Shown piece by piece: positions 48,821 to 62,225 of a DNA stretch of 64,000 nucleotides. The number at the start of each line of letters is the position of its first letter. The stretch's first letter is position 1. A program made the translations under genes and the position numbers. This DNA is from Massalongia carnosa. Lineage: Eukaryota. Under the pieces are notes generated by a model. That model saw nothing but the letters and a program-made list of their open reading frames with translations, was not told where the DNA came from and ran no database searches. The stretch covers positions 1,302,001-1,366,000 of the forward strand of contig OZ287074.1 in NCBI GenBank assembly GCA_965645245.1. Direction: 5' to 3'.

Positions 48821-49790
48821 AATAGGTGTATGACTATGGCTATATGGCTATGTAATAATAAAGGTATGTATGACCGTGATGTTAAGGATGAAGAGTTGCT
48901 AGGCAGCAATCTTTTCCTATTACTGGTCACCCCCTTCTAAGCGAGGTGATCTTATCTTATCTTGGGACTAAGCCTAATGCGGCATCTACGGTTTCCGTAG
49001 ATGATCTGTCCATCTAGGGCAGCCGTAGGTGCTATGTTCATCTTACTGATAGGTGTTCATTGTGCTGGTAGGAATTGGATATTCAACACTATTTGAAAGA
49101 TGCTTTGGCGAGTGCCAAGGAGGAGATGGCGCAGGGCCGTTGCGGAGCGAAGCGGAGCAGGTCCGGAGCAGAAATCAGAGATATTTTGAGATTCGCATGA
49201 AAAAATAGCAAGCCAAATAGTAGGTAAATGAAAAGTAGTAGTAAATTAGATTTTTTCATTCGAAACATCTCAGGTCTGAGATGGCACTGTCTCGTATATA
49301 TACCCTTGAGAAGCGAAACGGCTTGCATGACCCTAGAGGCCGATAATGCATCCTAGATGCATTCTCATAATATTAGGGTGTTTTAAAGAGGCCATGTTGT
49401 TAAGGGAATCTAGCTCCTAGGTACATACCTATACCTCCGTTAAGGAGGAAAGATTGTCAAATACGTATGGGTTTGTCTTTTTGGAGTGCTATATAAACTA
49501 GTGACTAGTAAGATAATCCAGCTCTTCATTGAGAATGGTACTGCAACTATCACATCGGTTCATACTACCGTAAGTACTCTGTACAGAGCACCACCAGATT
49601 ATGCTATGAAAAAGATTGCTGCGCTATTGTACTTTACAAACGAGTAAAACTCATTGTCATCAACTTCGTTAAACACTACCCCGCTGAATTTTCATAATAC
49701 CGCATGATAAAATCACTATCGTTGTGGCTCAACATACTTTTTAGATTTCTATCCGTATTAATCGAAATGGTCTTTATCCTGCCAACTATC

Positions 49791-51628
49791 TCATGGTCCA
49801 CTGAAATCTCCATGCATCTTTCCCTTTCTTTTCATAGATCCGCCTGTGTAGTAGAAAACTGGTACACCTCCCAGAAGACAGAGACAAGCCAGCGTGCCAG
49901 CAGTGATTTGCCAGTCAGTTTTCTCGAAAAAAAAACCACTCCATGCTGGTCCAAACACCGTGGCAAGTCCCAGGGCAGCATCAAAGAGGGAATAGGTTTG
50001 TGCGAACGCGCCTACTTTCCCAAAGGTATTTGGGTTAGCTTCCGCAAGGACTCCAACTTCATAGAACATGTCTGCAGCAAGCGGCGCAAGGATGAGGTTG
50101 AGACCAATACCTGCAGAAGCTTTTAGCTACGGTAATTTTTAAGTCTCTGGGAGATTTACCAATGAGGACGAGCAGGACCGCTAGCAAAATTTTATCACCC
50201 ATACGATCATCCGTAACAAATCCCATCAGCGCAAGCGAGGGTGTAGTAAGGACAAATCCACATAAGGCGATAGTCTTGGTACCATAGCGGTCTGAAAGTG
50301 CGCCGATAACAGTACCAAGCAAAGAAGGTATCGTTATGGCTAAGAATATCAGGCCCGCACCCGAGGAAGTCCAGTGGAATGTACGTTTCACGAATAGTGG
50401 AAGAATCGCATCAAAAGAGGCAATAAGAACGGTATGAGTAAAACAGCCATAGACTGCTGCCCTGAGCCGTGGGGAGCGTAATAAAATGGTCATTATTGGA
50501 AATTTCTTAGCAAACCATGATTTGGTGTGTTGTGGGGCATGAAGCAGTGAGGAGGTCTCATCAGGCTCCGATACCTCTTGGATTGATTCGCTCCCGAACC
50601 CAGTTGAACTACCTTCTGATTGAGAATTGCTATCACGGGGTGGTATAGGCTCGGGCTCTCCACAGTTGGTCTCCTCAGCCCAATTTATGTAGCTATGAGC
50701 TTCATTCGTGAGCCATTTGGCTGCTCTTTTTTTCTCAACCATAACTATCCTTAGGATGAAGTCAACGCCAATCACCCCCAGAACGACGGCGAAAACAGCA
50801 TAGTAACCTGCTCGTTCGTAAATAACGCCGGCCAAGAAGGGGCCGATAAGAGCACCCAGGTTCATTCCGCTTAAGATGAAACCCATCCTAACGGCGTCTT
50901 AGCAAGTTCACCTATCTTTACATTTAGGAGGACAGTACCAAGACCCGACCTCCTCGGGACGAACTGTGTCCGCGATGAGGGCCAGACCAGCGGTGTATAT
51001 GATACTAGCGGAGAAGCCTTGAAAAGCCCGTGCAATTACTAGAACCCACGGAGCATGTCCTATGCAAAAGAGGACCGTGGCAACAAACGCAAGGACAAGT
51101 CCTACAAGGAAAGGGATTTGTCGAGATGAACTTCGATCGGCAGCCCAGCCAGCGATTGCTAAGAATCGTTAACGACTTTGGTTTGGTAGTAGCTGAAAGT
51201 TATCCTACGAGCACCGAGAGCCATTGTGATCCCGAAGACTATCAAAAGCGTTGAGAGCCAAAATTGAACTACAAGAGGTTATACCAAAGAACATAAACAT
51301 CAAGATTACCAGGTCAGAGCATACCATCTTTCTCCGGTACCCCCAATCGATCCACCAACGAGAAGGGCAAGACAGGGACGACCTATATGGTTCAGCCAAC
51401 GGCGAAGGGCTTGCATAAGTTGGACCTACAGTCGAGTAGAGGAAGCCATCCTAAACACAGAATATCAGTTTCATTGCTTAAAAGGTTGCGATAGCTGAAG
51501 CTGCTGACAGTAAAGGCCGCGACAAATGCGGTGATTCCAATCAGTCCTTTGGAGGATCTGATTTTAAGCCAGACTGGAGGCTTATGCTCATGGCACGCCG
51601 GCGCAAACGGTTCCTGTGGTTCGATCAT
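49791..51628 (-). CDS. MFS transporter (vesicular amine transporter-like), multi-exon
   Basis: WLKIRSSK N-terminus, GWAADRSSSR, ARAFQGFSA, MGFILSGMNLGALIGPFLAG, GALSDRYG, AQTYSLFD. Confidence 0.88.
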
Positions 51629-53257
51629 TGTCTCGACATCCGCTTTCATGTATAAGTGTGAAAAGAGTTCTACAACCACAAGCCTCAATGACTGAGCCGT
51701 TCAGCGCCGAGGATAATGATCGCAGAAAATATGCAGGCTGGAAGCAGCATCATGTGCATTACAGAAAATAAGTTACAGGGTACCTAATTACGCAATACTC
51801 TGTAACCGGGTTGAAGTTTCTCATACATCCAGGGACGCTTGTTCATTTTGGGAATTATGATTATTCCACTCCACTTCCCTGTTCTATTCAGAAGTTAGCC
51901 TAAAACCGGAAAGGGTGAGAGGTTACCAGGGTTAGTTAGAGTTAAGGTTGATCAACTTACTAGCTCTGTATCTCTTGGCCTTTGGCACCGACAGATCGTT
52001 ACCCTGTTCATGTTACCGCTCCACCTGAGGGTCCGGACTATTATCCCTGATATCATGACATAACTTTCCGAGGGGCAAGAACGCCACCCGTTCTACTGTA
52101 TTTGCAGGATCGAATTAAGAGTTTCCAGCCGAGCCTGAGCCTCTGTCAGCTGAAGCATGGATCGGATATAAAGTACTCCATACCTGGCTTAAGATTACGC
52201 CACATTCTGTACGAAAGGCAAAAGGTCAAGATTGAGGCTTCTATGAACTCTTCATAGTCTCACCGCTTCCAACGAGTTCATCCAATTGATTTCAACCCTT
52301 CCCGGTGCTAAATGTAAACTGCTGAGAGTTTTGGCTGCCTGTCAGATAGGAGAATCGTTATTTAAACCTTCAGCATCTTATCGTTTATGAAGCTGGATTA
52401 GCCCACAGGGATATCAAAAGCAGCGTAACCAAGATTGTTGCCGATGACCCACTACTGCAGGCTATGTACGGAAGTTACCACTTTGACTATCATAGTAATA
52501 GTATTTGATTATTATAACAATAATGATACAAATTTGGATGACACTTGAAAAATATTAAAATCTAACCGAGTGAAAAACGCTGTCTACTTAGTAAGTGCAT
52601 GTTCAACACTAGATAACTTTAGCACTAGCTTGCAGTAGTCTAGCATGCAGTATTGGATTATCAAAGTCTCAGAAGCGAGAATGGATTTCGCCTAGACAGG
52701 TCTAGACTGCACACTTGAGGATGCATCCTTCAGCCTTCATGCATTGAGCTTCTTGTGGGATGGATGACGGCGTGACTGAAGCACTGGGTCTGAGAGGCCA
52801 TTGCGCCAGAAAACTAGGGACTGCTAAGAGAGAAACGCTTAGAGGCACCATCCTCTGTAGATGCGATGAATGGTAGGCTACTTTGTACAAACTGAAACAG
52901 TTGACCCCTATGCGATGCACAAGCTCTACAAGAATAACAAATAGACAACGAGATGGTATAAATGCATAGGTACCTTATTTAGGTTCTCCTTGTAAAACAG
53001 AAGGTTGTATTATTACAGAGTACTTGTCATGTCCTCGCGCTTTGTTTGCTCAAAGTTGCTAGTAAGTATACCATGAAACATATCTTAGTTTTGGTGAACA
53101 GATATTCTGGAGGAACACACAAAGTCTGCATCTCCGGTGCGAGTTTGATGGTGGCTCTTTGATTGTATCACCTAGTAATCGATAGATGTAACTGAGAAAG
53201 TGGCTGGACAATTAACGGACGCCCAAAGGAAATCCTTAAAAAGGAGCAAAACGAACC

Positions 53258-54425
53258 TCATAAGGAATCTAAACCAATACCAGAGAACTTTAAGCGTTCT
53301 TGTATGTAGCAGAGGCAAACCAAATCAAACTCGGAGAGCTCCTTGCGCTGCGAGAAATGGCTGTATAGGGTATTGAAGGCACTGACAGCCTCCAAATAGG
53401 TCGGCTGACTTTCCACTTGATAATTCCCAAAATCCGTGATATTTGTTGAATCCGACCACCAAGCTGCTGTACCGGTGGATATACCCCTTTGTTCTTGAGA
53501 TTTCACGCCTACCCAGTTCGGGATTTGATAGCTATCCTCCTGTTGCGGCAAGGTGTCCTGATGCATTGCTAAGGCTTGTGACCTCCATGTGAGAAGATCT
53601 GTAGAATGAATGCCGTCTATCATGAATGAGAAATTGCCGGAAAGGGAACTATTCGAGTCTGAGGGGAGTATGATCAGATCATAGATATAGCCAACGTCTT
53701 TGGCTGACTGGTAGGCGCGGGGGACCATCAAGGACTCAGTACTTACCCGTAGGTGAGCTTGAAGAGTCGGTATAGCCACTCCATCTAAGATCTTCTGTAA
53801 TTTCTCCTATAACAGGTCGACTGTTCTGTCTCCATGCGGATGCTGAAAGCATCCCCGCTTGTTTTCTGATCATATTCCTTGTAATAGGAACACCCTCCTT
53901 CTGTCTAGCATGAGACCGGATTGACAGGGTGTGTTGTACATCTAGTATTTGCGTTCGTGGATAAAGTACCTCATGGAATGGAAAAGCTTCATAGTCTCCA
54001 ATAAAATGTAAACGTTGAAAGTGGGTTTGATGAACAATCTTGGAGACGGTACTGCATTCTATATTAACGAAGCCGCGGAGCTTATCTCAAAATAACCAAG
54101 CGTCACCATACCTCCTCTCAATCCCAAAAAATGCTATTCCGATCCAATCCTGTTAGCCATAATGATACCTCATAGGTAACTTACCAAGACCTTCATGCCA
54201 TAAACGGTCTAAGGCTACTTGTCGAGACGTACCTGCGATATCCAAATGTGTGACATGAGGGTTTTCTTTATGATAGCGCCATATCTGGGCTTTCTCCGTT
54301 TGGGTCAAAGGTTTTTTTCGACATTGATTAGGTCCAGGCCTGGGCTGTGGAAGAGTCGATAACATCATGTCTGCGTTTACACTTTGAACAATCAAATGGC
54401 GTTCTTTGCAGCTCACCATCCCCAA
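53258..54425 (-). CDS. Hypothetical protein with a CENP-B-type N-terminal HTH-like segment; structure uncertain, possibly decayed
   Basis: RKKPLTQTEKAQIWRYHKENPHVTHLDIA resembles fungal CENP-B/ARS-binding HTH; C-terminal ORF 53258..53779 (PTYLEAVSAFNTL); exon joins not resolved. Confidence 0.45.
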
Positions 54426-56037
54426 GGTATGATGCGATCTTGGACATTGAAACCTTTACGATGACTGAAAATTTGCACCGATTAATACGGTTTCCGGACG
54501 CTAGGTATCAGTAGATGAGCAAGCTCTGATTGGATTCACTGAACCGCGCCAGCAAAGAACTTTTCGACAGGCGGGAGCCATTTTCCACATTGTGTCCTTT
54601 GAAGACACTGACGATGATGGGCAGACCGAGGTGCTGCAGCGCTACGGAGCATATGCGCGGCTAGCAAATTTGACCAATACATGTCCGGACCTGGTACTGA
54701 TCTTAAGAGAACAGTTTTTGCTGCGATAGCAATTATTGGTGGGTGTTTAGCAATGGTGGATGACCTCAAATCTTTCAACAGCCCCTCATTGAGAGGCTCT
54801 TCCCCAACTTCCAGCTGTTCTTCGTAGACAATGGAAGTTCAAGCATTGAAGCCTGTTGCATGGGTTCAAGTACTCACTAAAGTACGACAAAGTCAACTAG
54901 GCTAACTTAGCGGAGCGGAAACAATAGCTCTTGAACCTTGAAGTCGATACTAGGAGGAAGTAAAACCTAGTTACTTTGGAGTATTGAGTCGCCATACTCC
55001 AGATGTTCATCCAGTTGATACAAAACAACCTTGATATTGGCTGCTCGTCAAAGCTGAAAGAAGTGCGAGCCTAGTGGGATGAGGTGAGCTGAAAGGGATA
55101 TAGATACTCTGTACAGAGTACAGAGTACTGTGACAGGCCAGAATACACGCGAAGCCAAAACTAAGTAAGCTTGCGAAGTTTCGGTTTTGTTCGGACGCAG
55201 AGCCTCAGCGTGGCTTGCATTAGTATAAATGGACCCAAAATCTGTTGGTTGCATTCGTTTCCATGACTGCACACCCTCCCGAACGCAGATGACCGTGGTG
55301 TCTAAGGATTGGTTGAGAATTCAAGAAAAGGATGGCTTGGTTCGCTTCCCGGAGCAAAATTACCCTACCTATGGTGACAATCTTGCCTCATATCTATAGT
55401 CAGGTTATCCTCAGAATTTTTAGGCTGGCTACACATGTAACGTAGTCTATTCAGAGTATCTGCCGAGATTTGCATCTCATCATGTCTACAGTTTGGGTCG
55501 AACGCACACCTCATGCACAAACCATGGGCTGGTTAACTCCGGATACACCTTCCTTGGGAGCCAACTGCGCAAGCCAGTATGGTTGGAGCCAACCGTGCTA
55601 TCCTTTTTAAAGCTGAAAAGCACGCCACCGCACCTTTCACCCGAGTTAGGACCCAGGATGCAGCTGAGGGGTGTCATATTGCTCGAGACCATTAATTGTT
55701 CAAGACATGAGATCTGCCGATTCCCACCTATGTAAAAAGAAATTCCTGAAAACACAATATAACATTCAGACATTGGTTTTCATTCATTTCTTTCAGCTAG
55801 AGTCTATCAAACGACATCATGCATTTTCTCTATGTGATCATGTGTCGCTGTAGGTTGGAATCACAGCCTAGAGGCTTCTTCAGACGGGACTGTGAACCGA
55901 GGAAGGGATGGTCGAGATCAGATGTTTTCAACATATTCTTCGATCCTACGTCTAGGACAGGAACTATATGTAATCCTACCAAGGCGTTTCTACTCTGAAT
56001 ACCAATCGAGCTGGAGCGTACAGCTAAGTACTACTTG

Positions 56038-57251
56038 CTAGTAGAACTTAACGCCAAAAGTAGGACCCAAATCCACAGTGCGGCCATCCTTTCCTTGGTC
56101 AAGGCCATTCAGAGCCTCAAAATCCTCTTGGGATAGCTTCTGCACATTCAGGTTGCCCCTGATCCGCTCTGAGTGGCAGGTTAGCTCTGATCACCTAAAA
56201 AATAACACTCGCATTGCTTACCAGCGTCTTGGCTCTTTCCTAGTGGAATCGTTCCCCTCTGCACCGCCCAACTCTGCAACAGCTGCCCTATCCCCAGTCC
56301 ATTCTTTGCCGCAATTTTCTTTACAACGGGATCTTCTACTAAGCGTTTCCCGCTAGTCCCTGGCCCTGCGAACGGGCAATACACTGTGGCCAAGATACCT
56401 TGGTCTTTCATGAAACTCAGCAGCTGCGTATTAGGGAACCACGGGTGCGCCTCCACCTGGTTACATGACACAGGCACTTCGCCGCCCACTGAAAGAACTT
56501 CCTGCAGCTGCTCGGTATTGAAATTTGACACCCCTACCGCCTGCACTTTGCCTGTGCCAACTAATTTCTGCATTGCTCGCCATGTTGGCTTATAACTCCC
56601 ATTGTTCCCGTTAGCCACGGCAATCGACTCCGCCGTGTGTGTCCAGTCAACTACCGGCTTCCCATTGACATCCGTGACGATGGCCTTATCATCATTTGTT
56701 GCGTCTGGGAATGCCTTCGCGCTGTCGATGCGGTCGGCTCGCACTTGAAGCGTGACAGGCCAGTGCGCAAGGAAGAGGTCGATATGATCGAGCCCCATAC
56801 CACTTAAACATTTATCTAGGCATGTCTCCACATTCTCGGGGGCGCCGAAGTTTGGCCAGAATTTGGACGTTATAAAGATTTCCGCACGTGGAACCCCGGA
56901 ATCGCGAATCGCCGCTCCTACTTGGTCGTCGACCTGGGACTCTCGCTTGGAGTAAGCAAGAAACCCCTTTTATTCATGAAGCTTCAACTCAGACTTATGA
57001 GGGGAGGCAAGCGAACCAGGCGTTGTGTAAAGCAAAGGAGCCTTCCAAGCGAGTTCATGCCTGTAGGAAAAACTCCCACGTACCCCATAATTCCACGCGC
57101 AATCCAAATGCCGGTAACCAGCTTTCAGTGCCGTGAGCGTGGCCTCGTAGCACCAGTTCGTACTTCCAGCTGCCCAGGTGCCGAACCCGACAGCTGGAAC
57201 AGCGATTTCGCCCCCAGAGGCTCTAAGGGGGAAGGTTTTCGGAAGGGCCAT
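56038..57251 (-). CDS. Aldo-keto reductase, multi-exon
   Basis: PAVGFGTW, GYRHLDCAWNYG, FITSKFW, DLFLAHWP, VGVSNF, NQVEAHPW, IPLGKS; ends FGVKFY*. Confidence 0.93.
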
Positions 57252-57547
57252 TTCTTTCCAGGAGGAGAAAGTAAGGGATTGGGGGAGGGGTGTGAGGGAA
57301 GGTTGTAGGTGTAGAGGTCGTCTGGGCGCAGGTAGGACGGCAGGACGGACTACAAGATGGTGGAGTATGAGGTTGGGTAGAAAGCGCAGGATACTGGCTG
57401 ATTATTGAAGAAACGAATGAAGGTGGGAAGGAAAGATTTCGTAATCCATAGTATGTTGAGATCGGAAACTACATCTTTCTCTCTTGCTCAGGTCTTTGGT
57501 CCCACCTCCCAAAGGCATAAATACCCCGCCACTCCGCATGCTACTCG

Positions 57548-57748
57548 TTGCCTCAGTACCTCAGACGTGCCCGGCTAAGCCCCTTCGGGTTAGCCTTACA
57601 GAACGTTAAGCCCCTTCGGGTTAACAGGCTGACTACGCAGCACCGTGCTATCGCAGCCACGTTAGTCAGCTAGGACGCTAATCCGAAGGAGCTTAGCGAA
57701 ATAGGCTAACCTGGAGGGGCTTAGACGGCTTCTAGAGCCCCCCACGCA
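57548..57748 (+). mobile_element. Second copy of the modular hairpin element (arm A fused to arm B)
   Basis: Nearly identical to 11461-11555 plus 12020-12110, without the inner TIR segment. Confidence 0.88.
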
Positions 57749-57959
57749 ATCAGCCGAGGGACGGCCCGGGTGAGAAGGGTGGACACAGGACTTCACCCCA
57801 TTGTCTTAGAGTGCGACTGCATCATATGACTATAGCTTTTATCGGTCACATTGATCGGTTTATCCGGTTTGATCACTAGGGCACTTGATCGACAAAGCCC
57901 GTCGTTGTAAATAGATAGACAAAGTCTATAATGGCGTTTTGGGGGAGATAGCTTTGGTT

Positions 57960-60165
57960 ATGGCGAATCATGAAGCGTATGCATATGGACCTTTATGTGA
58001 AGGGGAATCGTCCGCAACCGTCAACAGTCTGGCTACATCGATTGAAGATATAAACGGGCTCTCGGACACGGACAACCCTCAAACTCCTACGTCAGCCGAT
58101 GATAAACACAAATACCAGCGGGGGTTTCTTGCCGAGTTGCAGGACATGAAGAGCAATGCAATTCTTCGCGCCCAGGGCCACGAGGCGACCATGCGCAGAT
58201 CGTTCTCACCTCTCGCTGCCCTGGGGCTAGGTTTTAGGCATGTCTATATATGACTGTTATCAAAGGTGAAAAGCTGATAAACGGGGTGATGGCTATAGCA
58301 TCACCAACTCCTGGGTTGGTTATCTTAGTTGCTTTAGACAGAACCTGGCATACGGCGGTCCACGGAATGTGGTATTTGGGCTTTTGATTGCTACCTTTGT
58401 GCAATGGACCATAACTCTTGGACTATCCGAAGTTGCCTCTTGTTTTCCTTCCTCCGGCGTAAGTTAAAGATATGTTCTCATGGAAACCATTTCGCTGAAC
58501 TCGTTCGTTTAAAAAGGGGCAATACCATTTTGTTTTCATTCTGGCTCCAAAGAAATTTAAAAGATTTACCGCATTTGTAATCGGCTGGATGAACTTGCTT
58601 GGCTGGTCGATAGCTACCTGTTCCGGGGTTTCCGTGGTTGTGGCATCAATTTCCGGGATGGTAGCTTTTTTAGACAATTCGTTCCAACCCACGCCCTGGC
58701 AGCTATATCTTATGTATCTTGCAACGGCATTTTTAAGCGGTGAGGCTGTCTGAAGTTTTCAAGGTCTAGCAGCTGATTGACGAGGACTTAGTTTTACCAC
58801 TGTTCCTGGGTCCTCGCCAGATACCCAAGATTTTGCAAGCCAGCCTTGCTTTCTCTGTAACAGGCTTCTTCGTTGTCTTCGCCTTGGTCTTGATTCTGAG
58901 GGAAAACGTGCAGCCGGCTTCTTCAATCAGTAGGTCACAAGCTGGTACTAGTGGTTGGGGAATGGGGACTGCGTGGATGATGGGGATTGGAAATGCTATG
59001 TAAGATGAGTGATTTCAATTAGATCTTGGGACTCTGGCTCAACAAAAGGCTAGGTATGCCTACAGCGGCACAGACGCGGTTATACACATAGCAGAGGAGA
59101 TGAATCACCCCGAACGGAAACTACCCCAAGCTATGTAAGGACTGTTCAACACCAGTCCTTCAGGCATCCTGCGCTAACATAAGTATTTCGGAAGGAATCT
59201 TACCATAGCGATCGGTTTCATGACCGCCTTCCCGTTATTGCTCGTGATGATGCTCTCTATGAGTGATATCGAGGCTGTGCTGAATTCTCAGTTGCCATAC
59301 GCCGAACTCTTCTACCAAATCACTAAAAATAGAACAGTGACTATCATCATCATGGCCTGGGTGACTCTTGTCCTTTTTTGTAAGTCTTGTCTTAACGCAG
59401 GCAGCACTCCCTCCAGTCCAAACCAACATACATCTAACTTCCCCTTAACAGCAGCCCTTATTGGCCAATGGGTGACATGCGGGCGTCTAGCGTGGGCTTT
59501 CGCTAGAGATGTAGATTTCTCCTCTACTTTCTGTATCAGCACTCAGCTTAACATCGTTTTTCGCTAATAACAACCACTCCCCCAGCGTGGACTGCCTTAC
59601 TCCACCTTTTTTGCGTACGTTAGCGAACGTCACGAGTTTCCCCTCCGCACCACCCTCCTAGCCCTATCATTTTGCTCCCTCTATGGCCTTCTCTACCTCT
59701 TCAACACCACCGCTTTCAATTCTATCATCACCTCCGCGGTCTTATGCCTCGTAAGTTTTCTCCTTCCCTCACCTCCTTTTCATCTTCCTCAACCCAAGGT
59801 TCTAAACAATGGCAATCTCATCTAAACATATCTTACTTGTCTCCTGTCAGAACCTAACCTACGCCATACCTCAACTGTTAATCACCCTCCGCGGTCGCGC
59901 CCGTGTCCTTCCCGCCCACGCCTTCCGCCTTGGCCGCCTCGGCGCTCTCTGTAACGTGCTCTCCCCCCCATTTGTTTTCGCACTTGCTATATTCGTAGCG
60001 CTGCCGCCGCAGCTGCCCGTCTCAATGGCGAACGCAAATTACACGCCAGTGGTACTGGTAGGTTTGCTGGGCGCGATTTTGGGCATGTGGTTTTCGAGGG
60101 TTGGAAAGGGGTTCGAGGGGCCGAGGATTGATTGGGAGGCGCTTGGGGAAGGAAAGAGTGTGTGA
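57960..60165 (+). CDS. Amino acid/choline/GABA permease (APC family), multi-exon
   Basis: RSFSPLAALGLGF, LSEVASCFPSSG|GQYHFV, GTDAVIHIAEEM, RLAWAFARD, NLTYAIPQ, FEGP. Confidence 0.9.
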
Positions 60166-61005
60166 TGGTTTGATTATCGATGTTCCTGTTGTGGCTACGC
60201 GACGAAACAAGCAGCAGCTTTTTTAGGGGTTTATTGTGGGGATACCGGTTTGGATGGAAGCATATAACCATTTTTGGTGAATTCTCTTCTTTTGGCTCTT
60301 CCACTTCTGCGTCTTAACTTGCGTAATTTCCCGCTATAGACTTTGTGATCCGCATATCTTCCGGGGCCTCTCTTTACCAGATCTTACGGGGTTCCATTTT
60401 GTTCTTCCGAACCATTGCGTACCATATTCTTCTATAGTAGGCATTCAGGGGTAAGGGGGGGAATAGGAGGGTTCGGCAGCGATTCTGGAGAGATGTCTTT
60501 CGCGGGCAGAGAGACTGAAAAGCTGGGGAAGTTACATTTGTGCTGGAGAGTGGTTTACCGCTCTCTCTCAGAACTTGGCGAGCTGTGGAGGTGAGAGAGG
60601 GTGTTTTCTAGAGTCTAGGGAGAAGAGGAGAGGACGGGAAGTGGAGACGGGCATACACGCAAAGGGAGGCGAGATGTCTATGTTGCGTATGTAGGTAGCT
60701 ATGGCCTGGTAAGGTGTTATGCGGCGCGTTCTCTTTTCTCGAATAAATAATCTTTGTAAAGACATCCATATTAGGAGGATTGAGGATCTGCTATGGTTTT
60801 TCGGGGGTAACTTGTAGATTAGTTAAATCTAGTAGCAAGTGAAATGTCTATACAGTTCTAGAGTTCCTGATTATTTGTTCCTGAAGCAACCAACCAGTTT
60901 ACCAGTTGCGCCGTTGCGCCGCTGACCACACCACCGAAGTTGTTTTTGAACTTTCATTCTGATCGCATGCTTACGAGGCAGCGAACATTTACCTTCCACC
61001 TCCAA

Positions 61006-62225
61006 ATGCATCCTTACATCGCTGTTCCAGCCATTGTTGCCTTGGTACTACGGGCCTATCAGAAGAAATCTTTATCGCTGGCAGGCCTAGTTGTTGCAGC
61101 CTTAACAGCAACGATCCATGCCCTACATCCATGGAGTGTTTTCTTTGCTTTGCTCGGTGTGTTTTTCATAGGGGGCACTAGCGTCACAAAAGTACCGCTC
61201 CCTTCTTGCAGCACATCTAGTCCTGGCCTATTGGTTTCTAGAATCTGACGTTCGAACTAGGTTAAGCATGATGTGAAATCTCGACTGACACTTTCCTCGA
61301 CTGGCGCAACGGGGGGAGAAGGGGCGCGAACGTATATCCAAGTGCTGGCAAATTCAGCTGTAGCGTCGGTATTGATTCTTCTACATTACCGCCAGCTGCA
61401 CGCCAAAGATTATGCAAGCCAGGAGTGCTGGTCTTATGGGGAGGGTTTAGTGGTTGTGGGCATTGTGAGGTACTCTTCATAACTCCATTTACGTTCCGCT
61501 CTGCGTACCGCTGACCCGAACTGTACAGCAACTACGCAGCCGTAGCAGCCGACACCTTCTCTTCTGAACTGGGCATTCTTTCCAAAACTAAACCTAGGCT
61601 CCTGACGTCCTGGAACTTCCGCCATGTGCCTCCTGGGACGAACGGCGGAGTGACGGGGTTAGGAACCATGGCAGGCTTTCTGGGGGCCTTTACAATCGCT
61701 TTGACCTCGGCGGTTTTACTCCCATTCTGCTCCCATGGGTCAACGTCAAGGTTGGGAAAGGTTTTTGGTGATGCAAATGCCAGAAATCATGGCAAAATCA
61801 GTTGGGGTTGGCAGGAAAAGATCCTATGGACGCTTGCTGTGACGGTATGGGGAGGGCTTGGAAGTCTGCTCGACAGCGCTTTAGGAGGCTGGCTTCAGGC
61901 TAGCGTCGTTGATACGCGGACGGGCAAGGTCATTGAGGGGACGGGCGGGAAGAAGGTTCTTACCCATCCTTTTGAGACTTTGCTAAATTCTATAGCGGAA
62001 GAGTATAAATTGACTGACTTATGCCGTGATACATAGGTGCTTGTGGCCGGAGCCCGCACACACGTTGTCAAGAATGATGCACAAGCAAGCCGGAGAGTGG
62101 AGAGCGGACTGGGTTTGCTGGATAACAATGGTGTTAATTTCCTCATGGCGTTCCTGATGAGTCTAGGTGGCATGCTTCTTGCCGGTTATGTCTGGAAGGT
62201 GCCTCTGAGTAGCATCGTTACCTGA
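61006..62225 (+). CDS. DUF92/TMEM19-family integral membrane protein
   Basis: KKSLSLAG, GARTYIQVLANS, YAAVAADTFSSELG, VPPGTNGGVT, GSLLDSALGGWLQ, LLDNNGVNFL. Confidence 0.9.

Noticed and set aside
51921..51950. Degenerate TTAGGG-like run
   Set aside because: Too short and imperfect to call an interstitial telomeric repeat.
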